64,000 nt of DNA from an uncultured delta proteobacterium (GTDB lineage Bacteria; Desulfobacterota; Binatia; UBA9968). Positions within the stretch are counted from its first letter, which is position 1. Every line of letters begins with the position of its first letter. Of this stretch, positions 40,418 to 49,665 are shown in pieces. Location of the stretch: the NCBI GenBank assembly GCA_963840855.1, contig CAWJBB010000072.1, positions 31,481-95,480 on the forward strand. The letters are read 5' to 3'. The notes under the pieces were generated by a model. The model was given only the letters and a program-made list of their open reading frames with translations. It was not told the DNA's origin and did not search any database. Position numbers and translations under genes: made by a program.

Positions 40418-42079
40418 TTATCTCCACTCATCCACCGAAACCGTCTTCTGATAGTTGCAGCCCATAATGCGCCAGTAGCCGTTGGTTTCGCCACCGACCA
40501 CAACCACATGAATCTCGTCGGGTTTAAACATGCGTATCATCTCGTCCGGCGCGGCTTTGAGTTTCGAGGCATAGGGTTCCTCGCCGAAGGTCGCTCTGGG
40601 ATAAATATAGTTCTGAATCAGCTGATAGTCCCAATATTCGCCCGCCGGCATCAGCGCATTCTCGTAAACCCACTGGATGAGTTTTTCCTTGGTGTCGAAG
40701 CCGCCCCGGTCGATAAACTGCCGGGCCGCGATCGGATCGAGTAGAAAAGTCGGCGCGCTATGGGCGTCCATGCCGCGCAGCATGCTCTGTACATGCTGAC
40801 GCCAATATTTTTCCCGCACGCCGAGCGTAAACGCCGTGGAGCGGCAACCGGTGAAAATGCTCACTGTGCTGTCCGTCGGTTTGAATCCATGCTGCACGTG
40901 GAACGGCGCCCACGGACTGCGCTCTTCATTCTCGGCGAAGGTAGCAGTGCCGTAGGCGTAGCCGTTGCCCTGCGAGCCCATGTAACTGTCCCCCGGCAGC
41001 GAGCCGCCCTGAAGATTTTGCGATAGCAAACCATAAGCGCGCCCAATGGTGGCGTTGGCGTGGTTATAGGGCGCCATGGCGCCGGTGCCGGAGTTCATGG
41101 CGATCTCGTTACGGATCGGACCGTTGACGACAACCATCGCCGCCATCGAGCTAGTCGTGCTGCCGCGCGCGCTCACGCCGCTGGAGGCGAGCGCCAGTAT
41201 CACCGGAAAATACTCCGGTCGCGCCCCTGCCATCACCGCGTTGACGGCTACCTTTTCAACCGTAAATTCCCAGTACTGGCGAAATTGGTTCGAGCGCATA
41301 TGCCCCGCGACTTCGTCCGGTTTACGGCTCGTGTGCGCGAGCATTTCGCTCACCTTTTTTTCCGTCGGGAGAACGATCGGCAGTTTGTCCGTCCAATTAT
41401 TCTCCAGGAACAAACGATGCAGGTTCTCGTCCGTGTCGGAGTCCACCAGTCTCGGCGTCGAGCGCTCAAACTTGATCTCTTTAATGCGGTCTCCCTCGGC
41501 GGGACGCGTGAGCCCTTCGATGACTTCTTGCATCACCGGACGGCCGCTGATCGGGCTTTTGCCTTCGACATAGGCCCGTAGTTGTTCCGCCGTCTTGCCC
41601 ATGACCGGCTGAGGCACAAAAGTGTAACGCGCCTCGGGCATGCCGTGCATTCGGGTAACCGATTGCACCGCCTTCTCGAAGGCGTTTGTATGGATAGCAA
41701 CGGTGGGTACACCATATTTGCTATCGAGTGCGATTGCGTGCACGGCGACCGCCGGCGCGCAAGTGCTTCAATGGCCGACGCCGATGATGGCGCCGTCGCC
41801 GTTGGCTTTGATCATCTCCCAGGTTTTCGGATCGTCCTTGGTGTAGACGCTCGACATTTCCACGAGCTTCGTCTTCACCGAGGGCATGTGATCGGCGAAC
41901 CAATCTTGCACCTGGCGCAGAAAAAGTCCCGAGTCGTCAAAGCGCGGGTCGACCAGATAGACCGTCTTGCCGTCGAGGCTGTCGAGCCGCGGCGCCATTG
42001 GTTTCGGCGTGATCTTTGGTGGAAAGCCCACCGGATTGAGCACTGAAAGCTTTTGATTTTCGTTGGTTCCATTAGCCAT
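40418..42079 (-). CDS. Probable selenoprotein, 553 aa, UxxC motif (UGSC-family-like)
   Basis: ORFs 41768-42079 and 40418-41743 are in the same frame, separated by a single TGA in ...GVGH-TGA-STCAPAV... A GC-rich hairpin follows the TGA. Downstream domain carries NNWTDKLPIVLPT, NAVMAG, ANATIGRA. Confidence 0.85.
41735..41767 (-). promoter_or_regulatory. Candidate bacterial SECIS element
   Basis: UGA-agcacu-UGCGCGCCGGC-GGUC-GCCGUGCACGCA: stem-loop whose apical loop starts with G, ~17 nt after the UGA. Confidence 0.65.
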
Positions 42080-42214
42080 ATAAGGACCCTCCTCACCCTA
42101 TTTACGATCAAGTCCTCAACGAATCAACCGGTTTATGCCGGCGATGAAATATCAGCCTGGATTCGAGCCATTCCTGGCCATGATCGGTGCGTAAGGTCGT
42201 GACTATTTGATTAA

Positions 42215-42341
42215 CCTGGCCGTCGAGAAGGCGGTGGGTGCGAGGCGGAGCGAGGGCTCGCACCGGAGCGTACATCGGCAGTACGTGAGGATGCGAGTCC
42301 GACGTGACAACGAAGCAAGCGCCCCTTATCGACGGATCAGG
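42215..42341. repeat. Long imperfect hairpin, MITE/REP-like non-coding element
   Basis: cctg..ccgtcga.aagg pairs with cctt.tcgacgg..cagg; internal ctcgca/tgcgag and cgtac/gtacg stems. Confidence 0.55.
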
Positions 42342-42569
42342 GTCCTGGTAAGCTTTCTTGAAGCTCTGCGCGGCGTCGTGCTAATCAATGGCGTAAACGG
42401 CGAACCGCTCCGCGGCGATTATTCATTTCTCCATGAAATTCCTATTGCCCCCCATATGAAGGTCAATTGCGAAGTCCGCGACGGCCTTCTTTGGTTATTC
42501 GGTTCGCACGGAACCGAAGCGCCGATGCGCGGCTATTCCGCGAGTTTCACAGAAAGTAGCGCGTAGTCC

Positions 42570-44201
42570 GTGACCGGCCTGCAAAAAAGACTATTGGCAT
42601 TGATCGGCGGCCTCCTTTTTCTTCTCGCCCTGACAGCGCTTCTGTACATGGCCGGCATGACATATCTGGAGGATAAGCCGCGCGGCTTTTGGGACGCTCT
42701 GGAATGGGCCGGCGAGTCGTTATCGACTACCGGCTACGGCGCCGACTCCAAGTGGTCGCATCCTCTCATGGTCCTTTTCGTAGTGCTGGTGCAATTCATC
42801 GGCGTATTTCTGGTCTTTCTGGTTTTTCCAGTTTATTTGATTCCATTTCTCGAGGAACGCTTCGAGCCCCGCTTGCCCAAGGACACGCCTGACGTGCGCG
42901 ACCACGTGGTGATTTTCGATTACGGCCCACCGGTGGCGACGCTGCTCGAGGAACTGGAACGCGCCAATATCATCACGGTGGTGGTGGACGAAGATGAAGG
43001 CGACGCCCGGTGGCTGTTAGAGCGCAAGCACCGCGTCGTTTACGGCAAACTCGACGAAGGCGTGCTGCTGCACAGCCATCTGGAACAGGCCCGCGCCCTC
43101 ATCGTCAATAGCAGCGACGACCGCAATGCCGCCACGATTCTCGCCGCGCGCCAACTCGGCTATAAGGGTGAGATTCTGGCGTTGGTGGAGGATCCCTTTC
43201 ACCGCCGGCCGATCATTCTCGCCGGCGCTACCGCAGCGTATACACCGCGCCATGTTCTGGGCGCCGCGCTGGCGGCCCGCGCCAGCGAAAAAGTCAGTCC
43301 CACGGTGGCCGGTATACAGCAGCTGGGCCACAAGCTCCAGTTGAGCGAGGTGCGCATCCCTCGCCAGAGCGCGCTCGCCGGCAAGACGTTGGTGGAGGCC
43401 GATCTCGCCCACCACGCCGGCGTAACCGTAATCGGCCAGTGGGTCGGCGGTAAATTGGTTACTGCATCTCAGCAGGACATGCGGCTGGAGCCGGGCGGTA
43501 TTCTCGTGCTCGTCGGCGCACCGGAAAATATCCAAAGATTCATGGAGGTTTCCGGCGACGTCAAACAATTGCGCCGCCATGGCCCGTTCGTGGTCGCCGG
43601 CGGCGGCGAGGTAGGGCGCAAAGTCAACGAGCTGTTGCTCGATGCCGGCGAGCGGACTTTTCTCGTGGACGCGCAAGCAGGGCCGGAGGTAAATCTGGTC
43701 GGCAACGTGCTCGACACCAAAGTTCTTCAAGAAGCCAACATCAGCGACGCCCAGGCGGTGATCCTGGCTTTGAACGCCGATACCGCGACGCTCTTCACCA
43801 CAGTGATCGTCAAGGATATCGCTCCCGACGTACCGATCATCGCCAGGGTCAACCGCGCCGAAAACGTCGATCGAATCTATGCGGCGGGGGCCGACTTTGC
43901 GCTCTCCATCAGCCAGGTATCGGGACAACTCCTGGCCCGGCGGCTCCTCGGCAAGGAAGCCGTGGCCGTCGATTCGGAACTCCGGGTCACCAAGGTCACT
44001 GCGCGTGGCTTGGAAAATCGCCACCCCGATGAGCTGGGGATTAGCGCCAAGACCGGCTGTTCCGTGGTCGCCGTCGAGCGCGGCGACGAGTTGCTAGTGG
44101 AATTTGGCCGAGACTTTCGTTTTCAAAGCGGCGACACGGTATATATCTGCGGCAGCGCGGAAGCCACGCGAAAATTTTATGAGCTGTTTCCCCAGCAATA
44201 G
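42570..44201 (+). CDS. Potassium channel with two tandem TrkA-N/TrkA-C (RCK) modules
   Basis: Two TM helices around the LSTTGYG filter; two Rossmann-like RCK domains (HVVIFDYG, VVAGGGEVG) each followed by TrkA-C. Confidence 0.9.
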   Translation: MTGLQKRLLALIGGLLFLLALTALLYMAGMTYLEDKPRGFWDALEWAGESLSTTGYGADSKWSHPLMVLFVVLVQFIGVFLVFLVFPVYLIPFLEERFEPRLPKDTPDVRDHVVIFDYGPPVATLLEELERANIITVVVDEDEGDARWLLERKHRVVYGKLDEGVLLHSHLEQARALIVNSSDDRNAATILAARQLGYKGEILALVEDPFHRRPIILAGATAAYTPRHVLGAALAARASEKVSPTVAGIQQLGHKLQLSEVRIPRQSALAGKTLVEADLAHHAGVTVIGQWVGGKLVTASQQDMRLEPGGILVLVGAPENIQRFMEVSGDVKQLRRHGPFVVAGGGEVGRKVNELLLDAGERTFLVDAQAGPEVNLVGNVLDTKVLQEANISDAQAVILALNADTATLFTTVIVKDIAPDVPIIARVNRAENVDRIYAAGADFALSISQVSGQLLARRLLGKEAVAVDSELRVTKVTARGLENRHPDELGISAKTGCSVVAVERGDELLVEFGRDFRFQSGDTVYICGSAEATRKFYELFPQQ

Positions 44202-44384
44202 TGCGACGCCAGATTTTTGCTTGTTTTCAGTTGTCGATCTCGATGGTCCGTAGTAAAGGGAAGATGGTTTTACTCGATCGTGCGTAAAGCGAAGGAAGGG
44301 ATCCAGCTCCGCTGATAGAGTCAAGATGTCAGAGCCGCCGCTTGCGCCGGTTCGCGCTCTGTTCAGTCTTCGGCGAAACAGATC

Positions 44385-45311
44385 ATGAGCAACGACAAGG
44401 CGCCGTCCTCGTACGATTATGTTCCCCTGCCCGATCGTCGCCCGCTACGTTTTCCCAACGGCGCTCGGCTTGCCGTAATTCTCACCATCAACCTGGAATA
44501 CTGGGAAAAATTTCGGCCGGGGCAGAGAGAACCGCTTTTCACCGGCGGGCCGATGACCATACCCCACCCGCTGCCAGGCGATGTTTGGGACACCGCCAAC
44601 TGGACCTGGCGCGAATATGGGCAGCGAGTCGGCGTCTGGAGATTGATCGACGTCTTCGACGAGGCGGGAGTCAAGCCGTCCTGCACCGTGAACGGCATGA
44701 TCATGACCGAACGGAAACGCATCGTTGACGCCGTCAACCAGCGCGGTTGGGAGCTGGTGCCGCACAACTGGGCGCAAAACGACTTGCTCACCTACTATGC
44801 CGGGAAACCCGAATTAGAGCGCGCGGTTATCAAACGCACTCTGAAACAATATGTGCGCGCGATCGGGCGCCCGGCAAAGGCGTGGCTGTCATCAGCGCTC
44901 CGCGGCACCGTCTATACGCCGGCGTTTTTGAAGGAATTCGGCTTGATTGCCTACTGCGACTATTTGAACGATGACCAGCCCTATTTGATTCAAACCCACC
45001 ACGGCCCCATCGTCTGCGTGCCCTATTCCAATGACATCAACGATTTCAATCTATTCGCCCGCGGCGGCATGTCGGCATCCGCCGGACTGGAGACCCTCAA
45101 GGTTTGCTTCGGCCAACTCTACGCGGAAAGCGCCGCCAGCGGCCGCCTCATGAACTTCGGCATGCATCCGCACGTCATGGGCCAAGCGCACCGCATCGGC
45201 GCGTTGCGCGATTTCATCGGCTACGCCAAGTCGCATGAGGGCGTCTGGTTCGCGAGCCGCGAAGAAATCGCCACATGGTACCTCGATATCCACGAGGCGC
45301 ATATTTCATGA
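44385..45311 (+). CDS. Polysaccharide deacetylase family protein (PuuE/allantoinase-like)
   Basis: PNGARLAV, WREYGQRVGVWRL, NDDQPY, VPYSNDIND, MHPHVMGQAHR. Confidence 0.9.
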   Translation: MSNDKAPSSYDYVPLPDRRPLRFPNGARLAVILTINLEYWEKFRPGQREPLFTGGPMTIPHPLPGDVWDTANWTWREYGQRVGVWRLIDVFDEAGVKPSCTVNGMIMTERKRIVDAVNQRGWELVPHNWAQNDLLTYYAGKPELERAVIKRTLKQYVRAIGRPAKAWLSSALRGTVYTPAFLKEFGLIAYCDYLNDDQPYLIQTHHGPIVCVPYSNDINDFNLFARGGMSASAGLETLKVCFGQLYAESAASGRLMNFGMHPHVMGQAHRIGALRDFIGYAKSHEGVWFASREEIATWYLDIHEAHIS

Positions 45312-45389
45312 TGAATTTGACCACAAAGAGCCTCGCGGGGCGAAATCGCAACCGATGGGGAGAAGAGATTTAACGACAAAGATCTGCAC

Positions 45390-45655
45390 GCAGTCGGTTC
45401 AACCCGGATTCCGCAGTGCCCGCCGACGCGATGAGCAAGGAGCAAACCTTCCGTAGCGAAGTCAATGGGTCTCTGCCTCTGAGCGGACATCGATCATCGG
45501 TGGTTCAAGATGAAATGTAAAGCTTACAGTGGTGAAGTGCGAAGTATCGAAAAGGACTTTGAAACTTTACAAGTTGGGTGCCTTCGCTACTCCAGGTTTG
45601 CTCCCCGCTCAAGGGCCCGCAGGTTTAACTGCGAATCCGGTTCAAGCAACGCTGC
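45390..45655 (-). ncRNA. Candidate structured non-coding RNA (~265 nt, unassigned)
   Basis: 45432-45461 pairs with 45582-45611 (18 bp + 3x3 loop + 9 bp); 45390-45417 pairs with 45628-45655. Several mismatches become G-U pairs only on the minus strand. Confidence 0.5.
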
Positions 45656-45684
45656 CAATCCCTTGCGTAATCGCGAAGGCGGGA

Positions 45685-45714
45685 GCATGGCGCGCCTTTC
45701 AAGGCGCGCCATGC
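45685..45714. terminator. Perfect 13-14 bp hairpin, possible terminator or processing stem (no U-tract)
   Basis: gcatggcgcgcctt tc aaggcgcgccatgc, ~70 nt after the stop of the 45787-46074 ORF. Confidence 0.5.
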
Positions 45715-45786
45715 GCTGGCGGATAATTGGATCTGAAATGAGAGTATCGAAGTGCGCCGTTGCGGACAGCGCGCGCGGAAATGGTT

Positions 45787-46074
45787 TTAGTGCTCTTTCA
45801 CGCTCGACACCGACTCCGCCGTCCGTAACCAATTCGGCTGCTCGTGATGCGGCTGCCTGCGTTTACGGTTTCCGGATGTGACCGGTTTGCGTTTTTCCTG
45901 GGAAACCTCGGCATTGCAGTCCCAGGGCCGTCTTTTCAGCTCGCTCAAGCGCCTTTGGAGAAAGGTGTTCTTCGGCCAATCCCAGCTGTTGTTCGGCAAT
46001 CGATCGCCGAAGTAATCGGCGCCGTTGACCCGGCTTTGATTGAAAACCATGTGCCAGTAATTACCATTCGACAT
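45787..46074 (-). CDS. Small hypothetical protein (95 aa)
   Basis: GAGGAGG RBS before ATG; Trp/Arg-rich MSNGNYWHMVF...; no family recognised. Confidence 0.5.
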   Translation of the reverse strand: MSNGNYWHMVFNQSRVNGADYFGDRLPNNSWDWPKNTFLQRRLSELKRRPWDCNAEVSQEKRKPVTSGNRKRRQPHHEQPNWLRTAESVSSVKEH

Positions 46075-46238
46075 ACAAGTACCCTCCTCTTGTGCTTTGC
46101 TCTGCGCCTTCATGAGACGCCTTTATTCTTTTATGGTTTTAAAAGGCTGTGGCGGACGACGCTCAGAATCGCGTGTAAATACGCCGAAGCAGTTTCCGCG
46201 ATTGTGACCTGAGCATCGTCCATGCCGGTCGCAATATC

Positions 46239-46254
46239 GCAGGTTTCGTTCCAG
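46239..46254 (-). promoter_or_regulatory. Possible sigma-54 (-24/-12) promoter
   Basis: Minus strand CTGGAACGAAACCTGC has GG-N10-GC spacing with two mismatches to TGGCACG-N4-TTGC. Confidence 0.4.
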
Positions 46255-46617
46255 TGCTGTTTTGGCATCATTTTGCCGTTTTTGGCGGCTTTCTGGAGGT
46301 TCTGAGCCACAGAGGAAAGGGCAAATTCGCCAGAAACCACCGCGCGCACGGCAAATCGGGTGTGTCTTTACCCAGGGGCGCCGGCGCAAACTCCACGCCG
46401 CGGTAGCGCCATTGACAATCCGGCAAGGCGCGCAGTAAGTTTCACGCCAGCAAACGCCACGGACAACTTTGACATGACAACAAGTACCGCCGGCCGGCCA
46501 GACGGAACTGCCGAATCGAGTTTCGAGTTGACCTGAAGCCTTCAACCAGGAACGCCAAACCGTCTCAAGGCGAGTCCCACCATGAGAATGATATCAGCCG
46601 CGTGAGAGACGATTCAC

Positions 46618-47673
46618 ATGACCAAATCCGCTTTTTTACTGATTCTCTATGCTTTGTTCTGGTCAGTGCATACCGGCATCGCGTTTTCTCAGTCCGATTT
46701 TTACGCCGGGAAAACTATCCTGATGATCATCGGCACTGATCCCGGCGGCGCTGGCGATTTGCGAACCAAAGCGATCCTTCCCGTATTGCGCAAACATATT
46801 CCGGGCCATCCGCCCATCGTCGTTCAATATATGCCCGGCGCCGGCGGCCAAAAAGCCGCGAACCATGTCTTCAAAACCGTGCGGCCCGACGGTCTCACCA
46901 TCGGCGCCATGTTAACGGGCATGGTACAAGGCGCTGTTTTAGGCGAATCCGGCGTGCTTTATGACCTCGATAAGATGATTTATCTGGGTTCCCATGCGCG
47001 TTACGCGCCTTACGCGTTTCTCTCGCGCAAAGCGGCGGGCTTGAGTTCAAAAGACAAGTTAAAGTCCGTTTCGGGAGTCCGCATCGGCGCGCCTTCGGTG
47101 GGCCATACCCTTTACGCAACCGCCCGGCTCTTCGCCTACATCCTGGACATGAAGGAACCTCGCTTCGTGACCGGTTACACGCCCCGGGAGCTGGACTTAG
47201 TTATAGACCGGGGAGAGATCGATGCGCGGGTAAATATCGTTGACAGCACGATTCAGAGAAATCCACACTGGCTCGAGAAGGATCTAATCGACCTCCACGC
47301 TACTCTTGATATTCCCAAAGGCGTGTCTCATGCGCACCCGCGCTTCGCCAAGCTCCCCGATCTCGACACCTTCGCCAAATCAAAACGCGAAGAAAGGTTG
47401 ATCGAATTGCTGCGGGCGCTGCGCGGCACGGGTCAGCCCTTCGTCGTCCCGCCCGGCACGCCCGTCGACCGCGTTGATATTCTGAAAGAGGCGACGCGCA
47501 AAGCTCTACGGGATCGAGAGTACGTATTGGCGTATGAAAAACTCACCACTGAGCCGGCAATGCCGCTGATGCCCGAAGAATACGACAAAGCTCTGCGCGA
47601 AATTCCGCGCGAGCCGGAGCTGATCGATCTGGTAAAGAAACTTTCCGGTGCCGGCCCGCTACCGCCGCGCTGA
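46618..47673 (+). CDS. TctC/Bug-like substrate-binding protein
   Basis: FYAGKTI, HIPGHPPIVVQYMPGAGG, RPDGLTIG, DRGEID, PPGTP. Confidence 0.9.
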   Translation: MTKSAFLLILYALFWSVHTGIAFSQSDFYAGKTILMIIGTDPGGAGDLRTKAILPVLRKHIPGHPPIVVQYMPGAGGQKAANHVFKTVRPDGLTIGAMLTGMVQGAVLGESGVLYDLDKMIYLGSHARYAPYAFLSRKAAGLSSKDKLKSVSGVRIGAPSVGHTLYATARLFAYILDMKEPRFVTGYTPRELDLVIDRGEIDARVNIVDSTIQRNPHWLEKDLIDLHATLDIPKGVSHAHPRFAKLPDLDTFAKSKREERLIELLRALRGTGQPFVVPPGTPVDRVDILKEATRKALRDREYVLAYEKLTTEPAMPLMPEEYDKALREIPREPELIDLVKKLSGAGPLPPR

Positions 47674-47735
47674 GACGTGGATAGGTCAAGTTCGGAGACC
47701 TGGATTCGCGAGAGTTCCCGTCCGGCTTTAGACCA

Positions 47736-48635
47736 CTAACTTATCCAACCCGCTTCTTTATACGCGCGCGCCGCTCCGGGATGGAGCGGCACTCCGCCGA
47801 ATTCAAAAGCCGCGGCTCCCTGCGTGTGCAGCGGCTCGAAAAGACTTTTCAATCCCTTAAAAAGGGGATTCATCTGCGGCAGCGAGTCCAAGTTGTCCGC
47901 AATCGCCTTCGCCATGTCGTGGACGATGGCTTCGGGGATGCTGTCATGCGTGACGAGAACATTAATCACCGCAAGCTGTGCGATATCCTCCACGACGCCG
48001 CGAAAAACGCCTTTCTCCATCGTTACGCCGCGATAATAGGGAATTTCAGCCAGAACTCGTTCCAACTGCCTGCGCGCGTAGGGAACGACGCGCACGTCGG
48101 CGCGCTGACTTAAGTCGGTCATGACTTTATTGGGTATCGGGGGCTGGAACTGGGCGTCGATCTTGCCGGCGATCAAAGCGTTCGCGCCCTCGGCAAAGCT
48201 CGCGTGCACCGGCGTGAAACTATCGAACGACAATCCCAAGACGCCGAAAATCGTGTGGCTGTGTTGCTCCATGCCGCTGCCTTTGGCGCCGATGGCGATG
48301 CGTTTGCCCTTGAAATCCGCGACGCTCTGAATCGGCGAACTGGCAAGTTTCACGAAAAACATCGGCCCGGCATTGGCGGGCGCAACCATGCGCAACGCGA
48401 TCTTCTTGGTAAAAGGCGGTGTGGCGTCCTTGGCCCTGCCAATCCAGTTCGACGCCATGAAACCGAACTCGAGCTCGCCGCGGTCTAGTTGCTCGGCATT
48501 ATGAATGCTCGCGTCGGTCGTCTGCACGACGCACTTGTCTGTCTCAGCGCGCCCGCGATTGAACAGCTCCGTGAATGCCGTCCCTTGTGTATAAAAGGTC
48601 CCGCCGAATTCCGATGTGCCCATTCTCAGTGCCAT
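47736..48635 (-). CDS. TAXI-family TRAP solute-binding protein (no obvious signal peptide)
   Basis: GTSEFGGTFY, TDASIHN, DFKGKRIAIG..GSG, VPLHPGAARAYKE. Confidence 0.88.
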   Translation of the reverse strand: MALRMGTSEFGGTFYTQGTAFTELFNRGRAETDKCVVQTTDASIHNAEQLDRGELEFGFMASNWIGRAKDATPPFTKKIALRMVAPANAGPMFFVKLASSPIQSVADFKGKRIAIGAKGSGMEQHSHTIFGVLGLSFDSFTPVHASFAEGANALIAGKIDAQFQPPIPNKVMTDLSQRADVRVVPYARRQLERVLAEIPYYRGVTMEKGVFRGVVEDIAQLAVINVLVTHDSIPEAIVHDMAKAIADNLDSLPQMNPLFKGLKSLFEPLHTQGAAAFEFGGVPLHPGAARAYKEAGWIS

Positions 48636-48804
48636 TGCGTTCTTCCTTCGCTCTCGCTTCTCACCCTCGTTATACTACGCGTTCAACGGCCTGCAAATCG
48701 ACCCTGCCAATGCTCCATGACTTCGCGACTCCAGCTCTTAAGAATCCAGGCGTCGGGCCGATTACAAAAACAGCAATTATTTCATACGAAGCCGAGCGAA
48801 TCCC

Positions 48805-49455
48805 ATGTTTGTTGAAAAATGGATGACCCCCGACCCGGCGACTCTCCCACCCGAAACGACCATCTCGCAGGTGGCGATGGAAATGAGCCGGCGCAAGTTC
48901 CGCCACTTTCCGATCACCGAGCCGAGCCGCCACGGTGCGCGCCTGATCGGCATCGTCGCCAAGTACGACATCGCCCGGGGCTTTCCCAGCAACTTAAATC
49001 CGTTTTCCGTCGAGGTCCATGAAGAGAGCGTGCCGCGGCCGGTCTCCGCGGTGATGTCGACAAAAGTCATCACCACCAAGCCGGACTGCCCCATCGAAGA
49101 AGCCGCGCGAACGCTGCGCAGCAATCGCATCGGCGCATTACCGGTGCTGCGCGACACCCGGCTGATTGGTATCATTACGGAGTCCGATGTCTTCGAAGCA
49201 TTGATCAGCATCACCGCGGCCAAAAGCGGCGGCACCCGGATCATGATCGCCTCCGATTCAAGAACAAGTCCCGTGCCCGATGTAATTAATCTCAGCCGCC
49301 GCTATCGCCTCGATCTCATGAGCATCCTCTCATTTCACGAAAACCGACTGCGCGACCAGGATGTGTCGATCTTTCGCTTCAGTGGCCGCCTCCCCTCCGG
49401 ATTCAATCAAGATCTTGCGGAACTGGGATTCCGCGTTGTTACCGCCGGTCCTTGA
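48805..49455 (+). CDS. CBS-pair protein (AcuB-like)
   Basis: MFVEKWMTPDP, IEEAA...IGALPV...LIGIITESDVF, ACT-like tail. Confidence 0.88.
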   Translation: MFVEKWMTPDPATLPPETTISQVAMEMSRRKFRHFPITEPSRHGARLIGIVAKYDIARGFPSNLNPFSVEVHEESVPRPVSAVMSTKVITTKPDCPIEEAARTLRSNRIGALPVLRDTRLIGIITESDVFEALISITAAKSGGTRIMIASDSRTSPVPDVINLSRRYRLDLMSILSFHENRLRDQDVSIFRFSGRLPSGFNQDLAELGFRVVTAGP

Positions 49456-49665
49456 TCCAACGCCGTAGACGCGGGATCCCTCCTAGCACAGCCCTCGAGT
49501 TTAACGTTTCGAACGAGTTGAAACGTTGGACCGGTTTGAACTTTTACTGCCGCTTGACGCTCACCTATCGGCTGTAATAGCTTTCGGAGTGGTGAGATCG
49601 TCGCCATTGTGCTTCAAACTCATCAACCCCTCAAAGCGTAATCACCCGCAACAAAAGGGGCATTT

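Noticed and set aside
42350-42569. c-di-AMP (ydaO) riboswitch upstream of the K+ channel
   Set aside because: The conserved ydaO words could not be found; only a small ttcggttc/gaaccgaa hairpin is present.
45390-45655. tmRNA, RNase P RNA, retron msr-msd or attC site
   Set aside because: No tRNA-like ends, no GAGGAAAGUCC motif, no reverse transcriptase or integrase in the window, and too long for attC; left unassigned.
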